A DNA stretch of 15,204 nt from a bacterium. GTDB lineage: Bacteria; Eisenbacteria; RBG-16-71-46. How positions within the stretch are numbered: the stretch's first letter is position 1; each line of letters begins with the position of its first letter. The stretch is from positions 1 to 15,204 of the forward strand of contig JAYWEM010000195.1 in the NCBI GenBank assembly GCA_043779265.1, given 5' to 3'. Shown in pieces: positions 9,448 through 15,204 of this stretch. A model generated the notes under the pieces. It did no database searches. It worked only from the letters and a program-made list of their open reading frames with translations, and had not been told where the DNA came from. Position numbers and translations under genes: made by a program.

Positions 9448-10420
9448 AGCGTTGCTCGAGGTCTCGGGACTCAAGAAGTACTTCCCGATCAAGAAGGGCC
9501 TGCTCTCCAGAGTCGTCGGGCATGTGAAGGCCGTCGATGGCGTCAGCTTCCAGGTGCGCCAGGGTGAGACGCTGGGGCTGGTCGGCGAGAGCGGTTGCGG
9601 CAAGACCACGACCGGGCGCTGCATCCTGCGGCTGATCGAGCCCACCGAGGGCAAGGTCCGCTTCCAGGGCCGCGAGGTCACGGAGATGGGGAAGCATGAG
9701 CTGCGCGCGATGCGTCGCGAGATGCAGATCGTCTTCCAGGATCCCTACTCGTCGCTCAATCCCAGGCTCACCGTCGGCAGCATGTTGGGCGAGGCGCTCG
9801 AGATCCATCGGCTCGCCAAGGGTCCTGCGATCCGCGAGCGGGTCGCCGAACTGCTTCACATGGTCGGACTGTCGCCCGATCATCAGCGGCGCTACCCGCA
9901 CGAGTTCTCCGGGGGCCAGCGCCAGCGGCTCGGCATCGCTCGGGCCCTCGCCGTGAGCCCCAAGCTGATCGTGCTCGACGAACCGGTCTCCGCGCTCGAT
10001 GTGTCGATCCAGGCGCAGATCATCAATCTTCTGCAGGAGCTGCAGAGCAGGCTCGGCTTGACCTACCTGTTCATCGCCCATGATCTCTCGGTGGTCGAGC
10101 ACATCAGCGACCGGGTCGCTGTCATGTATCTCGGACGGATCGTGGAGCTGGCGGATCGTGCGACGCTCTATCGCGACCCTCGCCACCCGTATACGCAGTC
10201 GTTGCTGTCCGCGGTTCCGGTGCCCGATCCCGAGCGACGCAAGTCGCGCATCGTCCTCAAGGGAGATGTCCCCAGTCCTGCCTCGCCGCCCTCGGGTTGC
10301 AGCTTCCATCCCCGCTGTTTCCTGGCGGAGGAGCGTCAGGGATTGGCTCGCTGTTCGGGTGAGGAGCCGATGCTGCGTGAGGTCTCACCGGGTCACTGGG
10401 TGAGCTGTCACTTCGCCTGA
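9440..10420 (+). CDS. oppF: Peptide ABC transporter ATP-binding protein (OppF/DppF family)
   Basis: Start placed at GTG 9440 (SD GGAGG 9429-9433); [40 protein letters not shown]...C...CH. Confidence 0.96.
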
Positions 10421-10422
10421 GG

Positions 10423-10724
10423 CGCGATTCGGGGGATTCGCCCCACGAGTCGTGGTGGAGCGGGGCACTTGCCGCACTTGTGCGATGCGCGCACGGGCAT
10501 CCTGCGATGGTCCGTGCTCTCGTGCGTCAGCACCCGGCCGCTGAATTCGCAGGCTCGTGACGCATTCGCAAGCAGATGCGCTCCGAGTGCGGGGCGGTCC
10601 ACCCGATGGCACGCAGGTTGCCCTACTCGTCTGCACATGCCGCGGCGGTGGCAACGCCGCCCCGGCCCAGACGTTCCCTGGGTGACTCGTGCTTTGCGGT
10701 CTGTGGGCTGATCCCCCTATCGCG
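10423..10724 (+). ncRNA. Candidate large structured non-coding RNA (~300 nt), family not recognised
   Basis: Nested helices found by eye: 10423-28/10719-24, 10431-38/10710-17, 10440-43/10705-08, 10444-51/10684-91, 10454-59/10598-603, 10472-80/10584-92, a long arm at 10481-10570, and a GCAA-tetraloop hairpin at 10639-66. Most wobble pairs are G-U on the + strand. No credible CDS in the interval. Confidence 0.5.
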
Positions 10725-10847
10725 AGCGAAGGAGTCTTACGGTCCGCACACGGTCGACCTGGGGACGAACATCGGGCCCCGAAGCCCTCGGCGCATTGGC
10801 CATCGTGCTCGACTCGCGCGACCGCGGAACGGGGCCCATGAAGTACC

Positions 10848-10891
10848 CCCTGAGCCGTTCTCTCCACATGAGAGAGCGGCTCAGGGTCTTT
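10848..10891 (+). terminator. Intrinsic terminator-like hairpin
   Basis: 17-bp stem CCCTGAGCCGTTCTCTC (10848-64) / GAGAGAGCGGCTCAGGG (10870-86) with one G-U pair, 5-nt loop, followed by TCTTT. Confidence 0.7.
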
Positions 10892-10902
10892 CCCGGTGTG
10901 CG

Positions 10903-10931
10903 TTGACCACCCCCTGACCCGCTGGTAGGTT
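10903..10931 (+). promoter_or_regulatory. Putative sigma70 promoter of the BMC operon
   Basis: TTGACC (10903-08), 17-nt spacer, TAGGTT (10926-31) with extended -10 TG (10923-24); 45 nt upstream of ATG 10977 and just downstream of the terminator. Confidence 0.65.
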
Positions 10932-10976
10932 GCCGTTTCGCCCTTCTCCCGTAGGGGGAGAGGCGGATCGGAGCCC

Positions 10977-11294
10977 ATGGATCGTCCTCGCAGGCGGCAG
11001 GCACTCGGCATGGTGGAGACTCTCGGATTCGTGGCCTCGGTCGAGGCGGCGGATGCCATGGTCAAAGCTGCCGAGGTGACGCTCGTTCGCTACGAGGTCA
11101 CTCGGGATGCCCGGGTCACGGTGCTCGTGCGAGGGGAGCTGGCCTCGGTCGAGGCGGCGGTCGCCGCCGGATCGGCTGCGGCGGCTCGCGTCGGCGAGTG
11201 TCTTCATGGCCACGTCATCCCGGCTCCGGATTCCGAGCTCGAACCCATTCTCGGGGCTGCGGCCCCTGCTGCGACCAAGCCACGGAGGACGTGA
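10977..11294 (+). CDS. BMC-H microcompartment shell hexamer protein (Pfam00936), atypical pore loop
   Basis: [22 protein letters not shown]...VTVLVRGE...V.AAV.AG...HVIP.P; SD GGAG 10970-73. Confidence 0.92.
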   Translation: MDRPRRRQALGMVETLGFVASVEAADAMVKAAEVTLVRYEVTRDARVTVLVRGELASVEAAVAAGSAAAARVGECLHGHVIPAPDSELEPILGAAAPAATKPRRT

Positions 11295-11590
11295 TGGAAG
11301 AAGCCCTGGGCCTCATCGAGACGCGCGGGTTCGTGGCCATGGTCGAAGCGACCGATGCCATGGTGAAAGCCGCCCGAGTCGAACTGGTGCATTACGAGAA
11401 GATCGGCGGCGGCTATGTCACGGCGATCGTGCGTGGCGATGTCGCAGCCGTGCGAGCCGCCACGGAGGCCGGCGCCGCCGCCGCCGCCAAGGTGGGCGAG
11501 GTGGTGAGCGTGCACGTGATCCCGCGTCCGCACGGCCAGCTCGAGGACGTGCTCCCGATTCGCCGTCCCGAGCCTGCCGGCAAGAAGTAG
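11294..11590 (+). CDS. BMC-H major shell hexamer protein (EutM/PduA/CcmK family)
   Basis: Start at ATG 11294 (SD GGAGG 11284-88, overlaps the upstream stop); canonical [38 protein letters not shown]. Confidence 0.96.
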   Translation: MEEALGLIETRGFVAMVEATDAMVKAARVELVHYEKIGGGYVTAIVRGDVAAVRAATEAGAAAAAKVGEVVSVHVIPRPHGQLEDVLPIRRPEPAGKK

Positions 11591-11593
11591 CCG

Positions 11594-11908
11594 ATGATCC
11601 TGGCGCAGGTCATGGGCACGGTCGTGTCCACGCGCAAGGACTCGGGGCTCACCGGGCTCAAGCTACTCATCGTCCGCGAGGTCGACGCCGGCTTCCAGCC
11701 GGCTGGGAATCTCGTGGTGGCGGTGGATGCCGTGGGCGCCGGCGCCGGTGAGTTGGTACTCGTCGCGGCCGGCTCCTCGGCGCGTCTGACGGACGTCTCC
11801 AAGGACCGCCCGGTGGACCATGTCATCTGCGGCATCGTCGACACCGTCGAGACCAGCGGCCGCGACGTCTGGCGCAAGGGCCAGGGTGCGGTGAAGGGTA
11901 AGGCGTGA
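11594..11908 (+). CDS. BMC-P vertex pentamer protein (EutN/CcmL family) #1
   Basis: MILAQVMGTVVSTRK...L.G.KLLIV...VAVDAVGAGAGELVLV..GSSAR...PVD..ICGIVD. Confidence 0.96.
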   Translation: MILAQVMGTVVSTRKDSGLTGLKLLIVREVDAGFQPAGNLVVAVDAVGAGAGELVLVAAGSSARLTDVSKDRPVDHVICGIVDTVETSGRDVWRKGQGAVKGKA

Positions 11909-13326
11909 GCGTCGATCGGGGCCGCGTCGAGGCCATCGTGGCCGAGGTGCTGACCCGGCTCGAGGGCGATCCCTCGCGCACGACGGTGGGCCGGGATGCG
12001 CCGCTCGGGGTGCATGCGTCACTCGATGCCGCAGTCGAAGGAGCGAGGCGCGCTCAGAAGGCCTACGAGGCGACACCCGTCGCGGTGCGCGAGCAGATCA
12101 TCGCGAGCGTGCGTCAGACGATGGCGACGCAGTACGAGACGCTCTCGAAGCTCGCGGTCGATGAGACGGGACTCGGCCGCGTCTCCGACAAGATCCTCAA
12201 GAACAAGCTGGTCACCGAGCGCACTCCGGGGGTCGAGGACCTCGAGCCCCACGTCTGGACCGGGGATCATGGGCTGACGCTGATGGAGCGCGCGCCCTAT
12301 GGCGTGATCGCGGTGATCACGCCGGTCACGAATCCGTCCGAGACCATCCTCAACAACGGCATCTCGATGGTGGCGGGCGGGAACACCGCGGTGTTCTGCC
12401 CGCACCCGAATGCACGCCGCACCTCGATCCTGACGATCGACCTGTTCAATCGGGCGGCGCGCCGGGCGGGGGCGCCCGAGCCTCTGCTGCACACCGTGGC
12501 CGAACCGGCGCTCGAAGTGGCGCAGGCGTTGCTTCGCTATCCGGGTCTCCGACTGAACGTCGTGACGGGCGGGCCGGGCGTGGTGAGGGAGGCGATGGCC
12601 TCCGGCAAGAAGTCGATCTGCGCGGGCCCGGGCAATCCGCCGGCCGTCGTCGATGAGACGGCGGATCTCGAGCAGGCCGGACGCGATCTCGTCATGGGCG
12701 CCTCGCTCGACAACAACATCATCTGCACCGACGAGAAGGAAGTGCTCGCGGTGTCGATCATCGCCGACCGCCTCAAGGAGACGATGGCGAGGAACGGTGC
12801 CGTCGTCCTCGCCTCGCATCAGGTGGAGCAACTGCGCAAGCTCGTGATGGAGTACGAGAAGGGGCCGCGCCAGCACGGTGGCGTCAACAAGAAGTACGTC
12901 GGCAAGGACATCCAGGTGATCCTGCGTGACGCGGGCATCCCATGTGGACCCGACAAGCGCCTCGCCCTGTGCGAGGTGGACGCCGATCATCCGTTCCTGT
13001 GGACCGAGCTGATGATGCCGATTCTGCCGCTGGTTCGGATGCGGAATGTCGATGAGGCGATCGACTTCGCGCTGCTCGTCGAGCACGGCTATCGGCACAC
13101 GGCCAGCATGCACTCGCGCAACATCGACAAGCTCTCGCGCATGGCGCGCCTGTGCGACTGCTCCATCTTCGTCAAGAACGGCCCCAACGCCTCAGGCCTC
13201 GGCTGGAATGGCGAGGGCCCCACCAGCTTCACGATCGCGAGCCCGACAGGAGAGGGAATGACGACCGCCCGTTCGTTCACGCGCCTGAGGCGCTGCACAT
13301 TGGTCGACCGGTTCCGCATCGTATGA
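11905..13326 (+). CDS. BMC-associated CoA-acylating aldehyde dehydrogenase (EutE/PduP family) with N-terminal encapsulation peptide
   Basis: GTGA overlap; ETGLGR, PGVEDL, APYGVI..ITPVTNPSET, VTGGPGVV, AGPGNPP, DNNIIC(274)TDEKE catalytic Cys, ELMMP, EHGYRHTA, SFTIASPTGEG, FTRLRRC; N-terminal amphipathic helix VEAIVAEVLTRL. Confidence 0.95.
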   Translation: MSVDRGRVEAIVAEVLTRLEGDPSRTTVGRDAPLGVHASLDAAVEGARRAQKAYEATPVAVREQIIASVRQTMATQYETLSKLAVDETGLGRVSDKILKNKLVTERTPGVEDLEPHVWTGDHGLTLMERAPYGVIAVITPVTNPSETILNNGISMVAGGNTAVFCPHPNARRTSILTIDLFNRAARRAGAPEPLLHTVAEPALEVAQALLRYPGLRLNVVTGGPGVVREAMASGKKSICAGPGNPPAVVDETADLEQAGRDLVMGASLDNNIICTDEKEVLAVSIIADRLKETMARNGAVVLASHQVEQLRKLVMEYEKGPRQHGGVNKKYVGKDIQVILRDAGIPCGPDKRLALCEVDADHPFLWTELMMPILPLVRMRNVDEAIDFALLVEHGYRHTASMHSRNIDKLSRMARLCDCSIFVKNGPNASGLGWNGEGPTSFTIASPTGEGMTTARSFTRLRRCTLVDRFRIV

Positions 13327-13877
13327 ACCTGATCGCCCTTGCCGCAGTCGAGTGTTCGAGCATCGCCCAGGGCGTTGTGGTCGCCGACGGCATGCTGAAG
13401 CACGCCGAGGTCACGCTGCTCGCCTCGACAACGTTGAGCCCCGGCCGATTCTGGGTGTTGATCGGCGGTTCGGTCGCTGAGGTGCGAGCGTCGCATGGCC
13501 GCGGCATCGTGCTCGCAGCGGACACGCTCATCGATCAGCTCTTCCTGCCCCAGCTCGATTCACAGGTCCTGCCGGCGTTCGCCGGCGTCGCGACGTGGGG
13601 CGAGTCGGATGCACTCGGCGTGATCGAGACCCTGAGCGCCGCCTCCGCCATCGTCGCTGCCGACACGAGCGTCAAGGCGGCGACCGTGAGCCTGCGTCGC
13701 ATCCGCCTCGCGGATGGCATCGGCGGCAAGGGCGTGGTCGCCCTTTCGGGCGCCGTCCACGATGTCCAGGCGGCGGTCGAGGCCGGCGCCCACTCGGCCC
13801 GCACGCGTGGTCTCCTCGCACGCTCGGTCGTCATCCCCCGCGTCGAGCCGCAACTGCGCGCCCGATTGTTCGGCTGA
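13323..13877 (+). CDS. BMC-T tandem-domain shell trimer (PduT-like)
   Basis: Start at ATG 13323 (ATGA overlap), 184 aa; domain 1 E.SSIAQG...ADGMLK.A.V...PGRF..LIGG.V; domain 2 ALGVIET...ASAIVAAD..VKAA.V....IRLA.GIGGKG...SG.V.DV.AAV. Confidence 0.93.
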   Translation: MNLIALAAVECSSIAQGVVVADGMLKHAEVTLLASTTLSPGRFWVLIGGSVAEVRASHGRGIVLAADTLIDQLFLPQLDSQVLPAFAGVATWGESDALGVIETLSAASAIVAADTSVKAATVSLRRIRLADGIGGKGVVALSGAVHDVQAAVEAGAHSARTRGLLARSVVIPRVEPQLRARLFG

Positions 13878-13884
13878 TCGGGTC

Positions 13885-14169
13885 ATGAATCTGGGGCGCG
13901 TCATCGGGACGGTCGTCTGCACGCAGAAGGTCCCGGCGTGGAAGGGCGAGCGCCTGTTGCTCGTCCAGCCCTGCGACCCCGCGGGCGAGCCGTTGGGAAC
14001 CAGGCCGGTCGCAGCGGTCGATTGTGTCTCGGCCGCGCCGGGTCAGCTGGTGTTCTTCGTTCGGGGACGCGAGGCCTCGACGGCGCTCGGGAATCCGGAC
14101 AATCCGGCGGATGCGGCCATCGTGGGCCTCGTCGATTCGCTCCGGCATGCGCCGGGGGCGACCCGCTGA
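13885..14169 (+). CDS. BMC-P vertex pentamer protein (EutN/CcmL family) #2
   Basis: Start at ATG 13885; MNLGRVIGTVVCTQK...G.RLLLVQP...AVD.V.A.PGQLV..V.GREA...PADAAIVGLVD; 94 aa. Confidence 0.93.
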   Translation: MNLGRVIGTVVCTQKVPAWKGERLLLVQPCDPAGEPLGTRPVAAVDCVSAAPGQLVFFVRGREASTALGNPDNPADAAIVGLVDSLRHAPGATR

Positions 14170-14441
14170 TGTTCATCGCGCGCGTCGTGGGGGAGGTCGT
14201 CGCGACCACCAAGCACCCGCACCTCCACGCACGGAAACTGCTGCTGGTGCAGGCGGAGCCCACGCCGGGGAGGCCCGCCTCGCAGCCCGTGATCGCGGTC
14301 GATTCGGTCGATGCCGGAATCGGGGACCGCGTTCTGGTGGCGGATGAGGGCAATGGTGCAGCTCAGGTGCTCAAGGCTCCTCGCGGCCCGGTTCGCACGG
14401 TCATCGTGGGGATCGTGGACGCCACGACGGAGGGAGCTTGA
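14169..14441 (+). CDS. BMC-P vertex pentamer protein (EutN/CcmL family) #3
   Basis: Start at ATG 14169 (TGATG overlap); MFIARVVGEVVATTKHP.L...KLLLVQ...IAVDSVDAGIGDRVLV.DEGNGA...PVRTVIVGIVD; 90 aa. Confidence 0.93.
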   Translation: MFIARVVGEVVATTKHPHLHARKLLLVQAEPTPGRPASQPVIAVDSVDAGIGDRVLVADEGNGAAQVLKAPRGPVRTVIVGIVDATTEGA

Positions 14442-14524
14442 GAACCCGTTTCGCCTTACGCGGCGATTTGGCGTAGATTCCCCGGACTCTGGGTGGGAGG
14501 GGTTTCGAGCCTGCCACTGGTGGA

Positions 14525-14631
14525 CGAGTGCTGGGATGTACTCGGAGCAGCCGGTCCCAGGATCGGCTGCAGCATCGAGTCCCAGGACTCGAGAACCTTC
14601 GGATGCTCATGTCGCCGGTTCTTCCGGCGAT
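14525..14631 (+). promoter_or_regulatory. Structured 5' leader (four hairpins) upstream of the HU/IHF gene
   Basis: Hairpins at 14525-44, 14547-70, 14575-92 and 14611-31; two share the apex GTCCCAGGA. Confidence 0.35.
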
Positions 14632-14665
14632 GGGTGATGGACGGTTTCTTCAGGGAGGACGGATC

Positions 14666-14980
14666 ATGACCAAGGCGGACCTGGTGGAGCACATCTCCAC
14701 ACAGACCGGGGTCTCCCGGAATCACACCGCGATCATCGTCGACCAGCTTCTGGAGTCCGTTTGCAACGCCCTCAGCGAGGGCAAGCATCTCGAGATCCGC
14801 GGTTTCGGCACGTTCAAGGTGCGGGAGCGTCGCGCGCGTCGCGCGCGCAACCCGCGCAGCGGCACCGAGGTCCTGGTGCCGGCCAAGCTCGTGCCCGTGT
14901 TCAAGCCCAGCAAAGAGCTCAAGACGCTCGTGCTCGGCGGAGAGTCACCTGAACCGGTTGCCAACGAGGCGACCGTCTAA
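14666..14980 (+). CDS. HU/IHF family DNA-binding protein (IHF-beta-like)
   Basis: Start at ATG 14666 (SD GGAGG upstream); MTKADLV...LEIRGFGTFKV...ARNPRSG...PVFKPSKELK; 104 aa. Confidence 0.95.
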   Translation: MTKADLVEHISTQTGVSRNHTAIIVDQLLESVCNALSEGKHLEIRGFGTFKVRERRARRARNPRSGTEVLVPAKLVPVFKPSKELKTLVLGGESPEPVANEATV

Positions 14981-14992
14981 CGAGGAGTCGGA

Positions 14993-15088
14993 ATGGGTTC
15001 CGGGAAGAAGCGGAAGCGCAAGAAGATCGCGACACACAAGCGGAAGAAGCGTCTGCGGAAGAACCGCCATAAGAAGCGGATCCGCTGA
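14993..15088 (+). CDS. Small basic ribosomal protein bS22-like (AURKAIP1/COX24, mS38 family), 31 aa
   Basis: SD GAGGAG (14982-87), then MGSGKKRKRKKIATHKRKKRLRKNRHKKRIR*; the K.ATHKRKKR.R.NRHKK pattern is typical of this family. Too short for the ORF track. Confidence 0.85.
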   Translation: MGSGKKRKRKKIATHKRKKRLRKNRHKKRIR

Positions 15089-15124
15089 TCCCGCTGTGGA
15101 CCGCGACCCGGTCCGCCGTCTCCT

Positions 15125-15160
15125 CGGCCGCGCCCTATTCGGGCGCGGCCGTTGGAGTTT
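15125..15160 (+). terminator. Terminator-like hairpin after the ihf/bS22 pair
   Basis: Perfect 11-bp stem CGGCCGCGCCC (15125-35) / GGGCGCGGCCG (15141-51), loop TATTC; interrupted T-tract (TTGGAGTTT). Confidence 0.5.
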
Positions 15161-15204
15161 CGACCCAGCCAAGCGACACCTCGGCGTGCGGCCCCGCATC
15201 TGGA

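Noticed and set aside
10452..10475. Minus strand ...CCCCGCTCCACCA resembling a tRNA/tmRNA 3' end
   Set aside because: No T-loop (GTTCRA) at the required distance and no matching acceptor-stem 5' end.
10707..10734. CTGATC...AGCGAAGGAG resembling the 3' half of a TPP riboswitch
   Set aside because: The conserved UGAGA junction and the P5 hairpin/loop are absent, and these bases already pair in the closing stem of the larger structure.
10385..11065. ORFs crossing the oppF-BMC gap (10385-11065 -, 10408-10638 -, 10469-10711 +, 10576-10917 +)
   Set aside because: No convincing SD, atypical composition, overlaps with real genes or the terminator/promoter; RNA structure explains the region better.
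10977..14441. Calling the BMC locus an ethanolamine (eut) or propanediol (pdu) utilisation operon
   Set aside because: No EutBC, PduCDE or glycyl-radical enzyme is present; shell and AldDH homology alone does not define the substrate.

Overview
GC-rich bacterial window; almost all real genes are on the + strand. Five blocks: (1) a four-gene operon of uncharacterised membrane proteins (191-3550) headed by an FN3-like + DUF6754-type protein; (2) a stand-alone lipoate/octanoate-protein ligase family gene; (3) a complete Opp/Dpp-type peptide ABC transporter (4513-10420); (4) a 556-nt gap holding a ~300-nt, extensively nested stem structure (candidate unannotated ncRNA), a strong terminator hairpin and a good sigma70 promoter, which precedes a seven-gene bacterial microcompartment (BMC) operon (2x BMC-H, 3x BMC-P, 1x BMC-T, 1 acylating aldehyde dehydrogenase) with no signature enzyme, resembling the Haliangium ochraceum-type BMC; (5) an HU/IHF gene and a 31-aa bS22-like (AURKAIP1/COX24) ribosomal protein missed by the ORF track, preceded by a structured leader. 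The best leads are the large structured RNA, the orphan BMC with an atypical Arg-tailed hexamer, and the DUF6754 membrane complex. All family calls come from motif recognition by eye; no searches or folding programs were run.
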